In this document: positions 49,663 to 59,791 of the stretch, in pieces
How positions within the stretch are numbered: the first letter of the stretch is position 1
Layout: every line of letters starts with the position of its first letter
From: a bacterium
GTDB lineage: Bacteria > Zhuqueibacterota > Zhuqueibacteria > Residuimicrobiales > Krinioviventaceae
Length of the DNA: 64,000 nucleotides
Reading direction: 5' to 3'
Assembly: GCA_963675755.2 (NCBI GenBank)
Contig: CAXXMD010000002.1
Span: forward strand, 256,001 to 320,000
Translations under genes and position numbers: made by a program
Notes under the pieces: model-generated
The model's database searches: none
The model's input: only the letters and a program-made list of their open reading frames with translations
Told to the model about the DNA's origin: nothing

Positions 49663-50499
49663 ATGAACTGGTGGCAGAACCTTCCTTCTCATATTGATCC
49701 TGTTTTCTTCTCTTTGGGATCATTCCAAATCCGATATTATGGATTAATGTACGTTGCAGCATTTACTACAGTTTACCTGTTGATAAAATATCGTCTGAAA
49801 CATGAAGCCTATTCCTATACTTTGGAAACAATTCAATCTTTTATGGTTTGGGCAATTCTGGGCGTATTAATAGGTGGAAGGTTGGGTTACATTTTATTTT
49901 ATGACCTTTCATATTTTATAGCTAATCCATTGAAAATGATCATGCCTGTCGAGTTTTCTAATGGTTTTCGTTTTACAGGTATCAGCGGCATGTCTTTTCA
50001 TGGTGGTGTATTGGGAGTCTTTTTCGCTTCATTATGGTTCTGTTATCGGGAAAAAATCAATTTTTTCCATTTAGCAAGTTTAATTTTACCAGCAATACCA
50101 TTGGGATATACGTTTGGTCGTATTGGTAATTTCCTCAATGGTGAATTGTATGGCAGAACGACAACAGCACCTTGGGGAATGTATTTCCCTTTGGATGTTA
50201 CTCATCAATTGCGACATCCGTCACAGTTGTATGAAGCTCTTTTTGAAGGTATTGTACTGTTTATTGTTCTTTGGAGTTTGAGAAAAAATTTGTATATTCA
50301 TAAATATTTATTGGCTCTGTATTTGATTGGTTATGGAGTTTTTAGATTTTTTATAGAATATGTCAGAGAACCGGACGCGCATTTGGGATTAATTGTCCTG
50401 AATTTATCAATGGGACAGTTGCTGTGTCTGGGAATGATTATCAGTGGTGCAATTCTGATAATTTTGCAGAAATATATTATAAAAAATAATAATAGTTGA
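49663..50499 (+). CDS. lgt: Prolipoprotein diacylglyceryl transferase
   Basis: RYYGLMY, GGRLGY, GMSFHGG, GRIGNFLNGELYGR, HPSQLYE. Confidence 0.96.
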   Translation: MNWWQNLPSHIDPVFFSLGSFQIRYYGLMYVAAFTTVYLLIKYRLKHEAYSYTLETIQSFMVWAILGVLIGGRLGYILFYDLSYFIANPLKMIMPVEFSNGFRFTGISGMSFHGGVLGVFFASLWFCYREKINFFHLASLILPAIPLGYTFGRIGNFLNGELYGRTTTAPWGMYFPLDVTHQLRHPSQLYEALFEGIVLFIVLWSLRKNLYIHKYLLALYLIGYGVFRFFIEYVREPDAHLGLIVLNLSMGQLLCLGMIISGAILIILQKYIIKNNNS

Positions 50500-50520
50500 A
50501 CCAGGAAAAGGAGAAGGGGA

Positions 50521-50946
50521 ATGGCCGAGGGAAAAAACGCTGCTTCTACGGATAAAAGTCAGAATGAGCGCATAACCCCGTTTAGCGATGAAGAGTTGGA
50601 ACGCTTTCGCGAATTGATTGAGCAAAAGCGTGTAGAAGCACTTGAAGAAATTGATCGCTGGAGGAGTTTTTTGTCGACCGATAACCGTGAGGAACTTGAT
50701 AGTGATTCCGGTTATAGTTTCCACCTTGCGGATTCTGCTTCAGTGGGCACTGACCGTGAACAAGCTTATATGATGATTGACCGTCAGCAAAAACTAATCG
50801 GTTATCTTGACAGAGCGCTTGAAAGGATTAATAATAAAACCTATGGTATTTGTCGTGTAACCGGCAAACCTATTAATCCTGAACGGTTAGAAGCAATTCC
50901 ACACACAGAAATTTCTGTGGAAGCGAAATTAAAAAGCAAACGTTAA
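50521..50946 (+). CDS. dksA: TraR/DksA family protein (single-Cys type)
   Basis: HLADSAS, ALERI..KTYGICRVTG.PI..ERLEAIPH. Confidence 0.82.
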   Translation: MAEGKNAASTDKSQNERITPFSDEELERFRELIEQKRVEALEEIDRWRSFLSTDNREELDSDSGYSFHLADSASVGTDREQAYMMIDRQQKLIGYLDRALERINNKTYGICRVTGKPINPERLEAIPHTEISVEAKLKSKR

Positions 50947-51006
50947 TTTAAAAATAGAATATCAAAATTTTTTGATTCTAAGGGGTATATTGTGCCCCTT
51001 TACTTC

Positions 51007-51033
51007 AAGCCCCTTTTTAGGGGCTTTTTTTTT
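51007..51033 (+). terminator. Intrinsic terminator
   Basis: AAGCCCCT/AGGGGCTT stem plus T-run. Confidence 0.85.
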
Positions 51034-51092
51034 ACTTGAAATGAATTCAATTTTTATTTATCCTTAGATATACTAACTTTGAGAATTGAAAT

Positions 51093-51602
51093 ATGAATGT
51101 TAGAAAAATTATTCAACAAATGACTACTAATGCACTTGTTCTAGAAAAATTAACAAGCACAATTTCTTACGAACAAGCTGTTTGGAAGCCGACTCCCCAG
51201 AAATGGTCGGTGCTTGAAGTGGTTCATCATCTTTTGGATGAAGAAAAACTGGATTTTAGAACAAGGTTGAAATTGACGCTTGAAGGAAAAGGTGAGGCGT
51301 GGCCACCTTTTGATCCCCAGGGATTGATGACTGAGCATAAATATAATGATCAGGATTTTGAAAAAATTCTATCTCTATTTCTGGATGAACGAGCCGAATC
51401 ATTGGTGTGGCTGCAAAAACTGGAAAATCCCCAATGGGAATTTTATTATGATCATCCCAAAATAGGTATTATTCGAGCAGGGGATTTACTCGTATCCTGG
51501 TTGGAGCATGATCTGTTGCATTTGCGCCAGCTTTTAAATTTGCAAATTGAATATCAAAAGAGTCAATATCCACCTTTTAATAGTAAATACGCATCACCAT
51601 AA
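51093..51602 (+). CDS. DinB/YfiT family metalloprotein
   Basis: WSVLEVVHHL..EE, HDLLHLRQ. Confidence 0.85.
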   Translation: MNVRKIIQQMTTNALVLEKLTSTISYEQAVWKPTPQKWSVLEVVHHLLDEEKLDFRTRLKLTLEGKGEAWPPFDPQGLMTEHKYNDQDFEKILSLFLDERAESLVWLQKLENPQWEFYYDHPKIGIIRAGDLLVSWLEHDLLHLRQLLNLQIEYQKSQYPPFNSKYASP

Positions 51603-51826
51603 TATTTTTAGGCCAAGCAATGAAAAGCATGTTGGATAAATTTTTTTACAGTTGGTTTGGTTTTTTTATGTGATTACAAAACCTATTATTTTAATTCTAT
51701 CCCGAAGACAAGAGCGATCATTTCAATTTTGCCAGAATATGTAATTTAAATTTTATTGAATTCATGATTGACATTCACATTTCATTTCATTAATATTCCC
51801 CATTATAATAATTAGAGTGGTCCATA

Positions 51827-52780
51827 TTGCTGTCAATATCTTTTCAACAAATTAAAGAATCATACAAACGAATTCGTTCTTATATACATCAAACACCGGT
51901 AATGAGATCATCCCAACTTGATTCAGAAACGGGTTGTTTTCTATTTTTTAAATGTGAAAACCTGCAAAGAACCGGTGCGTTCAAAATACGTGGTGCCATG
52001 AATGCAGTGCTCCAGTTGAATGATATAGAACGTAAATGTGGTGTTGCAACACATTCATCCGGTAACCATGCTGCTGCTTTGGCACTGGCAGCAAAAACAT
52101 TTAATATACCTGCATATATGGTTATGCCTGATAATGCACCAACTGTGAAACGACAAGCCGTAAAAGGGTATGGTGCAGAAATAATTACATGTAAACCTAC
52201 AATGGATGATCGTGAACGTGTGTTGAATCAGGTTGTAGTGCAGACAAAAGCTGCTGTAATTCCTTCTTATAATGATCATCGCATCATTACCGGACAAGGA
52301 ACTGCGGCTCTGGAACTCCTTGAAGAATACCCGGAATTGGATATGCTGCTTGCCCCGGTTGGTGGAGGAGGCTTAATCAGTGGTACAGCAATTGTCGGTA
52401 AAGCTATGAATCCGGATTTAAAAGTGATCGGTGTTGAGCCTTTATTAGCTGACGATGCAAAGCGTTCGTTAAAAGCTGGTAAAATCATTCCTTCAATATA
52501 TCCCAATACAATTGCTGATGGTCTTCGCACATCATTGGGAGATATAACGTTTCCCATAATTCAAAATTATGTGGATGAAATAATAACGGTTACCGAGCAA
52601 GAAATTGTTGACGCCATGTTTCTGATATGGGAGCGAATGAAGATAATCATTGAACCTTCATCTGCTGTTCCTGTTGCAGCATTATTATTTCATGACATAA
52701 AACAAGCACGAAAAAAAGTTGGGATTATCCTTAGTGGTGGTAATGTTGATCTGAATTCTCTTCCCTGGATAAAATCATAA
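51827..52780 (+). CDS. PLP-dependent serine racemase / threonine dehydratase
   Basis: KCENLQRTGAFKIRGA, SSGNHA, PVGGGGL, EPSSA, SGGNVD. Confidence 0.9.
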   Translation: MLSISFQQIKESYKRIRSYIHQTPVMRSSQLDSETGCFLFFKCENLQRTGAFKIRGAMNAVLQLNDIERKCGVATHSSGNHAAALALAAKTFNIPAYMVMPDNAPTVKRQAVKGYGAEIITCKPTMDDRERVLNQVVVQTKAAVIPSYNDHRIITGQGTAALELLEEYPELDMLLAPVGGGGLISGTAIVGKAMNPDLKVIGVEPLLADDAKRSLKAGKIIPSIYPNTIADGLRTSLGDITFPIIQNYVDEIITVTEQEIVDAMFLIWERMKIIIEPSSAVPVAALLFHDIKQARKKVGIILSGGNVDLNSLPWIKS

Positions 52781-52822
52781 ATTCTGTATAACTTGAATAT
52801 TTTTTTTAAATTTCAAATATAT

Positions 52823-52848
52823 TGTAACCAGATCTGTATTTTTGCGTC
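52823..52848 (+). promoter_or_regulatory. ECF promoter TGTAAC-N16-CGTC
   Basis: 36 bp upstream of the DUF116 gene; same motif family as at 5, 5814 and 13394. Confidence 0.55.
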
Positions 52849-52884
52849 TATATGCATGTACAATAAATTGTTTTAGGTGAGATC

Positions 52885-54090
52885 ATGGTTGCAGATACAG
52901 AAAAAATTATTACATATTCATTGAAAAATAGTAATGATTCTTCTGATACTTTTTATAAAGAGCTTTCTAGTTTTACTACCAGGTTTGAAATCTATTTTGA
53001 TGAAAAACTGGGTCCTGTGCTTGATAATTATACAAGTTTTATCAATTTCAATCATATCGAGTTATTACGTGATCGTCGTGAATACATGTTTGACTGGCTT
53101 GCTTTTGGTGTATTGTGGCGTCTATATATATCAACTGCGGTGGGAGTAAGTCCAGTTTCAACCCGTTTATTGACGGAGCTTTATTTCCTCAGAAGAAATT
53201 ACCGGAAATTTAAACCTGCTATTGATCGGGTACGTGGTATTTTATCAACCTTGTTGTTGGAAACCAATAATAACAGACATTTTTCCAACATTCCTTTAAA
53301 GATTGCAACTGTTACCAAGTTTTTAAATTATTTAGACGCTACCGGCGAGTTTCGTGAAGAAGTAAAGCGGTTCAAGATTATCTTACAATTTTTTAAACAT
53401 ATTGGTCCTGATAAAACGGAATCCATTATTGAAAAGACGATTGAATTTTCAGGCTGGTTCAAAGATGTTGCCAAACAGGAATTCAAAGACTATACACCTT
53501 TTGTTGAATCTTTTATAGCAAATCAGGCCAAATCACATCGTTGGAAAGAAGATTATTTGTTTTGTAATCGCGGTGAAACAGAATATTATTTGAATATGGT
53601 GGGAAGCGAATTGATGAACCGTGCATTTGTTTCAAATTTTCACCAGACTCAAAGAAAAGCTGTTCTTTTACCTGCATGTATGCGAAAACATGCAAATGAT
53701 GGTCAATGCAAAGCAAAACGAATCAGTTTGGATTTTGTATGTACCGGCTGTGATAAGTCTTGCAAAATTAATCAATATACACAATTGGGAAAAGAACACG
53801 ATTTTGATGTACATATAATCCCGCATTCATCTGATTTTACGGCCTGGCTTGAGAACTTTGCAAAAGACCGGCAGGTAGGTGTTGTTGGTGTAGCATGTTT
53901 GTTAAATTTAATTACCGGTGGTTTGGAACTGAAATCCTTGAACATTCCCGCTCAATGCGTTTTCCTTGATAATTGCGGCTGTACAAATCATTGGCATGAG
54001 ACCGGTGTGGCTACGGATATCAATCCTCTGCAATTGTTAAAAGTTCTTGATGCTCCAAGCAGTATTCGGAAGCATGCGGCAGTTGCGTAA
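52885..54090 (+). CDS. DUF116 domain protein with long N-terminal extension
   Basis: LLPACMR..C.A..CTGC...C, VGVAC, C.FLD.CGC C-terminal Cys cluster. Confidence 0.75.
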   Translation: MVADTEKIITYSLKNSNDSSDTFYKELSSFTTRFEIYFDEKLGPVLDNYTSFINFNHIELLRDRREYMFDWLAFGVLWRLYISTAVGVSPVSTRLLTELYFLRRNYRKFKPAIDRVRGILSTLLLETNNNRHFSNIPLKIATVTKFLNYLDATGEFREEVKRFKIILQFFKHIGPDKTESIIEKTIEFSGWFKDVAKQEFKDYTPFVESFIANQAKSHRWKEDYLFCNRGETEYYLNMVGSELMNRAFVSNFHQTQRKAVLLPACMRKHANDGQCKAKRISLDFVCTGCDKSCKINQYTQLGKEHDFDVHIIPHSSDFTAWLENFAKDRQVGVVGVACLLNLITGGLELKSLNIPAQCVFLDNCGCTNHWHETGVATDINPLQLLKVLDAPSSIRKHAAVA

Positions 54091-54263
54091 ACGTATTTAT
54101 TACCTGAATAATTATCTTCTCTAATTATCATTCCATTAAAAATTTCTATTTCCTTTTAGAATCTTTCCAAATCTAGTTTTTTATTTGCTTTATTGCTATT
54201 AATTTGCTTTATTCGAATACATTGTATTAAACTTTTTCAATATTTATGATTATGGAGCATTGT

Positions 54264-55286
54264 ATGCGAAATTTTGTCAAAGTAAATGTTCTTATCTTGA
54301 TTTTTGTATCTTTATTGTTTGCACAAACTGATTTCAATATTTCCAACGTTGAAGCCGTGCATTTGACAGAATATCAACTCAAACGGATTGATAAAAAAAT
54401 AGATTTGTTCGCAACAGATGTCAGTCGTGGTTCATTTGATCAGGATCCCGCGCTTGTTGTTATAGGGTATGATGGCGCAGATGGATTTCGAGCAGTTATT
54501 AACGCCCGGACAGCCAGAGTCATGGAAATTTATAAAAACGGAACTGCTATCTATACCTGGCCCGGAATCAAAGTTGTTGGGCATCGGGGCAATGTCAAGC
54601 ACACACCTGAAAACACAATTCCTGCTTTTGAAAAAGCTATCGAGTTGGGGGTAGATTTAATTGAAATGGATGTTCGCCAGACAAAGGATGGAGAGTTGGT
54701 AATTCTTCATGATATTACTGTAAACCGCACCACTGATGGACATGGAAATGTGTTTGATATGACCTTGTCTGAAATCAAGAAACTGGATGCCGGATCCTGG
54801 TTTGGTGATGAATTTAAAGGTACACGTATACCTACACTCAAAGAAGCTTTGGATGCTTTAAGAGGCAAGGCTCTTCCGGATATTGATTTTAAAGGCGGTG
54901 ATCCAAAAAAGCTGGTTGATGTATTACGTAAAGAAGGTTTGTTAGGCAAAATAACCATGTATTGCGGCAACTGGAATTTGATGCAGGAAACATTACAAAT
55001 TGATAGTGGTTTTATGGTGCGTCCTTCTGTACCCGTGGGTTTTGCTGGTTTGCCAATTGTGTTGGACAAAGTAAATCCTCCTATTGTCAATATTGACTGG
55101 ATGCAGTTCTCGGAACGATTGGTAAGAGATGTTCATTTGAGTGGAAGAGCTTCTTTTGTCAATTCCATGTCTCATGATAATGCGTTTGGTATTCGTGAAA
55201 TGGTAAACACCATGCCAGATTATATTCAAACAGATGAAATGGAAATATTAATGCCCTTGTTGCGGGCCAAAGGATATCATAAATAA
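54264..55286 (+). CDS. Exported glycerophosphodiester phosphodiesterase
   Basis: Signal peptide, GHRG, PENT, IEMDV..TKDG..VILHD, IQTD. Confidence 0.88.
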   Translation: MRNFVKVNVLILIFVSLLFAQTDFNISNVEAVHLTEYQLKRIDKKIDLFATDVSRGSFDQDPALVVIGYDGADGFRAVINARTARVMEIYKNGTAIYTWPGIKVVGHRGNVKHTPENTIPAFEKAIELGVDLIEMDVRQTKDGELVILHDITVNRTTDGHGNVFDMTLSEIKKLDAGSWFGDEFKGTRIPTLKEALDALRGKALPDIDFKGGDPKKLVDVLRKEGLLGKITMYCGNWNLMQETLQIDSGFMVRPSVPVGFAGLPIVLDKVNPPIVNIDWMQFSERLVRDVHLSGRASFVNSMSHDNAFGIREMVNTMPDYIQTDEMEILMPLLRAKGYHK

Positions 55287-55307
55287 ATGGAAGAGTGGAG
55301 CAACGTT

Positions 55308-57110
55308 ATGAAAAAGATTTCTATGATGATCATTTTTTTATTAGCAGGATTAACTGTTATGGGTTTTTCTCAAATAGAGTTTCATGGTGAATTTGCAAAA
55401 CGTATTAAACTTGTTGAAAAACGCCTGAATAATGATTCTCCATATGATCTCGATCTGGTAGTGCAGGATGTTGCACGAATTCCTGAAAACAAGCGCAGAT
55501 TTGAAGAATACGAGGGGGATGTTTCTGGACGAATTTTAGGTGCCTGGAGCAGCATGGCACGTATATCAGGTGAACGTCCGGCAAAGCTGGATTCTATTGC
55601 AGAACGTGTTTTAAAATACCAACATCCTGAAGGCTATTTTGGTACCAATCAAAAGACGATTGGTTGGGACTATTGGGGAAGGCAGCTTTTTGGACATGGT
55701 CGTTTATTACTTGGACTTGTTGAATATTACAAGCTTTCTGGTGATGAACGGTTTTTAGAATCTGCTAAAAAATTGGGCGCCTATCTTGTAGAATCTGTAC
55801 CGGAACTGACAACTACACACGAAGGTAATCCGTGGACCGATACCCGGCGCACAGTTGATTGGAAAAACTCTGATTCAAATCGTCGACACTTTGTCAAGAC
55901 TCACCAAACCAGTATTCTTGAAGGACTGGTTTCGTTATACAAAATTGCCCCTGATCCTGATCTGTTAAAAACAGCTGAATATATTGTATCATTGTTCCCC
56001 GAGTTTGGTACCTATCATTCCCATTCATATATGAATACCATGGTGGGTATGGTAATGCTTTATCAGGTAAATCAGGACCAGGCATTACTACATAATATAT
56101 TGGAAATCTATTGGCAAAAGATACTGCCAAAGGGAATACGGATGGATGGTGCGGTATGCGAGTTTTTTCCTGATGATGAACGTACCGAAGGTTGTTCTTT
56201 GACAGACTGGGTACGGTTGAATTTATACTTATGGGATGTTACTCATGAAGCGGTATATCTGGACCAGGTGGAACAATGCTGGCTGAATTCACTATACTAT
56301 CATCAAACGGCTAATGGCGCGTTTGGTCATGCTTTTCTTACTCATGAAGGCTATGGCGATCGATACTCGGAATCCTGGTGGTGTTGTTTGATGCATGGCT
56401 TATATGCGTTTGCTGATATAGCAGAACGATGTGTTGTGCAAGATGATGAGACGCTGTTTATTAATTTCTATACATCGTTAGATTTCAAACCTTCTGATAA
56501 AGAAAAGGGTACAATAAAAATAGAAACTGACTATCCAGAAAAAGGAAAGGTCAAGATTGTATTACCGTCAATAGCGAAAAACCTGTCTGTTTGTAAAGTT
56601 CGTATTCCTGACTGGGTTGAAGATTATACTATTTCAGTGAATGGCAAAGTTGTTGAAGCTAATAGAGATAACGGTTACCTGATTTTGAATAATGCATGGA
56701 ACGATAGTGATATCGTTGAATTGTCATTTGAAAATGGACTGCGTTTTGTTGATGGTGCCGGGAATAACATCCAGGACCGGCGGTCGATTGATGAGATAAC
56801 AGATCCTGTTTACTTTTTTCATGGCCCCATGTTATTAATGGTTGATAATAGCCAAAACAATCAATTCCCCAATACTATCAATTTGGATATAAAGAAAGCA
56901 TATACTGAACATAAAAACCACGAGTCACAGTACACATTCCCTGCAGTGAACAAGAGTGGGAAATTTAATGTTGTAATGGTACCCTTGAAAGATGAAACCT
57001 GGAACGACGAATGGACCGAAAAGTGGAAGAATTTCATTCGGAATGGTGAAACCCCTATTGAAAGACATGATATTAAAATTAAACAAAAGATTAGAGCTGT
57101 CAAGGAGTAA
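55308..57110 (+). CDS. GH127/GH146-like glycoside hydrolase
   Basis: Signal peptide, TEGCS and WWCC Zn/Cys motifs, ETDYP, RIPDW. Confidence 0.78.
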   Translation: MKKISMMIIFLLAGLTVMGFSQIEFHGEFAKRIKLVEKRLNNDSPYDLDLVVQDVARIPENKRRFEEYEGDVSGRILGAWSSMARISGERPAKLDSIAERVLKYQHPEGYFGTNQKTIGWDYWGRQLFGHGRLLLGLVEYYKLSGDERFLESAKKLGAYLVESVPELTTTHEGNPWTDTRRTVDWKNSDSNRRHFVKTHQTSILEGLVSLYKIAPDPDLLKTAEYIVSLFPEFGTYHSHSYMNTMVGMVMLYQVNQDQALLHNILEIYWQKILPKGIRMDGAVCEFFPDDERTEGCSLTDWVRLNLYLWDVTHEAVYLDQVEQCWLNSLYYHQTANGAFGHAFLTHEGYGDRYSESWWCCLMHGLYAFADIAERCVVQDDETLFINFYTSLDFKPSDKEKGTIKIETDYPEKGKVKIVLPSIAKNLSVCKVRIPDWVEDYTISVNGKVVEANRDNGYLILNNAWNDSDIVELSFENGLRFVDGAGNNIQDRRSIDEITDPVYFFHGPMLLMVDNSQNNQFPNTINLDIKKAYTEHKNHESQYTFPAVNKSGKFNVVMVPLKDETWNDEWTEKWKNFIRNGETPIERHDIKIKQKIRAVKE

Positions 57111-57114
57111 TAAA

Positions 57115-57501
57115 ATGACCAAGTCAGAAATTGGTAAAATTGGCTGGATAGATCTTACAGTTAAAAATGCAGATAAAATAAAGGATTTTTACCATGCTGT
57201 TACGGGATGGGAAGCCACTGGCTACCCTATGGATGGGTATGAAGATTTTGTAATGAAAATGCCAGAAACTGGTGATGCAGTTGCAGGAATTTGCCATCCC
57301 ATGGGTTCCAATTCCGGGCTACCCCCTGTGTGGATTATTTATATTCATGTTGAAAATTTAGAAAAAAGCATTGAAACCTGCCGCGAAATGGGAGGGGCGA
57401 CATTATCTGATATTAAAAAGATGGGTGACGAGGGACGCTATTGCTTTATTAAAGATCCTGCCGGTACCGTATCCGCATTATACCAGTCAAATAACAAATA
57501 G
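57115..57501 (+). CDS. VOC/glyoxalase family protein
   Basis: WIDLTV, FY..VTGW, WIIYI.V, IKDPAG. Confidence 0.9.
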   Translation: MTKSEIGKIGWIDLTVKNADKIKDFYHAVTGWEATGYPMDGYEDFVMKMPETGDAVAGICHPMGSNSGLPPVWIIYIHVENLEKSIETCREMGGATLSDIKKMGDEGRYCFIKDPAGTVSALYQSNNK

Positions 57502-57638
57502 GATGCTTGCTGTATTTTACGGCATTTAACTGTTTTCTTATTTCATGTTGAAACAACATAACTTTTAAAACATACAATTTTAAGAAATGTTTTGGTTGTG
57601 GAAACTGTTATTTTTCCCTTATACAGGAGGATACAGTT

Positions 57639-58586
57639 ATGAAAACAAAAAATATCTTGAAATTCGTTGTTTTAGCAATTTGGATTGGAATTGTGGGCTT
57701 GAATGTGCATTTTTCAAATGCAAAGGAAGATAACATGAAATATAACAAACTTACACCGGAAGAAGAACGTGTTATAATTAATAAAGGAACTGAAAGGCCC
57801 TATACAGGACAGTATTACAAGTTTGAAGAAAATGGTACCTATACATGTAAGCGTTGTGACGCACCTTTGTACAAATCTTCAGACAAGTTTGACGCCCATT
57901 GCGGTTGGCCCAGTTTTGATGATGAAATTGAAGGTGCCGTTAAACGCCAAACAGATGCTGACGGACATCGGACTGAAATATTGTGTGCCAATTGTGGAGC
58001 GCATTTGGGGCATGTTTTTACCGGTGAACAGTTTACAATAAAAAATACTCGCCATTGCGTGAATTCCATATCATTGAATTTTGTACCCGCAGGAGAAATG
58101 ATGCAAACACAAAATGCCTATTTTGCAGGTGGATGTTTTTGGGGAACGGAATACTATTTCCAGCAAGCCAAAGGAGTAAAGAGTACGACTGTAGGTTATA
58201 TGGGCGGCGATAAAGATGATCCCACTTATAAACAAGTATGCAGTGGTACTACCGGTCATGCTGAAGTTGTCAAGGTAGAGTTTGATCCGAAACAAACTGA
58301 TTTTGAAACCCTGGCAAAATTGTTTTTCGAGATCCATGATCCTACTCAGGTAGACCGTCAAGGTCCCGATATTGGTGAACAGTATCGTTCTGCTATTTTT
58401 TATACCAGCGAGGATCAGAAAAAGACTTCAGAAAAGTTGATTGATGTTTTAAAGGATAAGGGTTACAAAGTGGCTACAGAGCTGGTAAAAGCTGATGATT
58501 TTTGGGATGCTGAGGACTATCATCAGGATTATTACCAGCACAATGGTAAAGAACCTTATTGTCATTTTTATACCAAGCGGTTTTAA
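57639..58586 (+). CDS. msrAB: Exported bifunctional methionine sulfoxide reductase MsrB-MsrA
   Basis: Signal peptide; GTERP, CGWPSF, HLGHVF, RHCVNS (MsrB); GGCFWG, GHAE, AEDYHQDY (MsrA). Confidence 0.95.
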   Translation: MKTKNILKFVVLAIWIGIVGLNVHFSNAKEDNMKYNKLTPEEERVIINKGTERPYTGQYYKFEENGTYTCKRCDAPLYKSSDKFDAHCGWPSFDDEIEGAVKRQTDADGHRTEILCANCGAHLGHVFTGEQFTIKNTRHCVNSISLNFVPAGEMMQTQNAYFAGGCFWGTEYYFQQAKGVKSTTVGYMGGDKDDPTYKQVCSGTTGHAEVVKVEFDPKQTDFETLAKLFFEIHDPTQVDRQGPDIGEQYRSAIFYTSEDQKKTSEKLIDVLKDKGYKVATELVKADDFWDAEDYHQDYYQHNGKEPYCHFYTKRF

Positions 58587-58617
58587 AAAAAGCGGGATTC
58601 ATTCCCGCTTTTTTTTT
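58585..58617. terminator. Bidirectional terminator
   Basis: AAAAAAAGCGGGA/TCCCGCTTTTTTT. Confidence 0.85.
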
Positions 58618-58668
58618 GCAACTAATTATATCTGGTAATCTATTAAATTTATGATTCTGTTTAAGAGG

Positions 58669-58695
58669 CACCGGGATGACTAGGGCATCCCGGTG
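58669..58695 (-). terminator. GC-rich hairpin just after the DUF2202 gene
   Basis: CACCGGGATG-N7-CATCCCGGTG; no clear U-tail, may be a stability element. Confidence 0.5.
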
Positions 58696-58710
58696 TTTGA
58701 TGGGGGGCAT

Positions 58711-59754
58711 TTATTTCAAGAGAGACAGTTTGTTTACAATCTTTTGACTACCTGTATTGATTTCATAAAAGTACATTCCGCTTGACATATGTTGACCATA
58801 CCGATTGGTTCCATTCCAATTTTGACTGTGGATGCCTTCACCAAGGTATCCCATGTCATAATCCATTACCAATTGTCCACGAATGTTATATATTTTCAAA
58901 GTTACATTTGCTGGTTCTTCAAGAGAAAACTGTATTGTTGTTCCTGGATTAGCAGGATTAGGATAATTTGAAGCTTTGAATGTTGAATTACTGGTTTCAA
59001 TGCTACCCTGCTGATTTGCCGGATTAGTACAATTTATATTTTTTTTTCCTAAACCTTTTCCGCGTCCTTGTCCATTGCCGCCACGTTCAATAGCAGATTC
59101 AATAATTTCAGTAAATTCTTCTACTGAAATATATTGTGGTTCATATGTTAAATCCTGTGCAGAATAAAGATTATTAAAGGCACGCATATGGTTTCTTGAA
59201 CCTTTTAAGAGATTGGTATAAACCAGGGTAATATCCTGATTGTCTGTACGTTCCAGTGTTTCATGCAGATCATAGATATCCAGATCTTCAATGGTCAAGC
59301 CAACATACAATGCTTCAATCAGAGATTGACTTCCTGATTCTACTAAGCTGTTATAGATTGCCTGAAGATCTGCATTGCTGAATTTCCCTGTTTCTTCCTG
59401 AAAAGGATCTTCAAGTTCGTATTTATCGATTAAAAGTTTCACCATATCAGTATGCTGCTGCTCACTTTTAGCGATGTTTGTGAAAACAGCAGTTTGCCAT
59501 TTTTCATATAAAACCTGGTAAACGTCATGTGCAAGTTTTTCTTCTTCACGCATATGAAGTAAATCGTTAATTTCGGCTTCTGATAAATCTTCGAAAGGAA
59601 GGTCTGCTAAAATAGCAGAAGCATTAATACCACCGGTATTCCCTTTGTTACCGCGATTACCAAAATTTCCTCTTCCCTGAGCAAAGAGTGTTTGACTTGT
59701 AACGAATGTGACAATCAGCATTGCTGCAATTAATAATGTTTTAGAGTTTTTCAT
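58711..59754 (-). CDS. Secreted DUF2202 ferritin-like protein fused to FlgD-Ig/T9SS-type C-terminal tail
   Basis: Signal peptide, MREEEKLAHDVY, SEQQH, IEDLDI.DL, GSRNHMRAF; NYPNPANP..WNG..SSGMYFY tail. Confidence 0.85.
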   Translation of the reverse strand: MKNSKTLLIAAMLIVTFVTSQTLFAQGRGNFGNRGNKGNTGGINASAILADLPFEDLSEAEINDLLHMREEEKLAHDVYQVLYEKWQTAVFTNIAKSEQQHTDMVKLLIDKYELEDPFQEETGKFSNADLQAIYNSLVESGSQSLIEALYVGLTIEDLDIYDLHETLERTDNQDITLVYTNLLKGSRNHMRAFNNLYSAQDLTYEPQYISVEEFTEIIESAIERGGNGQGRGKGLGKKNINCTNPANQQGSIETSNSTFKASNYPNPANPGTTIQFSLEEPANVTLKIYNIRGQLVMDYDMGYLGEGIHSQNWNGTNRYGQHMSSGMYFYEINTGSQKIVNKLSLLK

Positions 59755-59791
59755 GATGTTTCTCCTTTTTGTTAGATTTTACCCCTGCTTA

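Noticed and set aside
51620-51673. 17-codon Phe-rich ORF as a leader peptide
   Set aside because: No clear RBS or attenuator hairpins; Phe richness follows from T-runs
57549-57574. TGAAAC-N16-CATA upstream of msrAB as another ECF promoter
   Set aside because: The -10 element lacks CGT; too weak in AT-rich DNA
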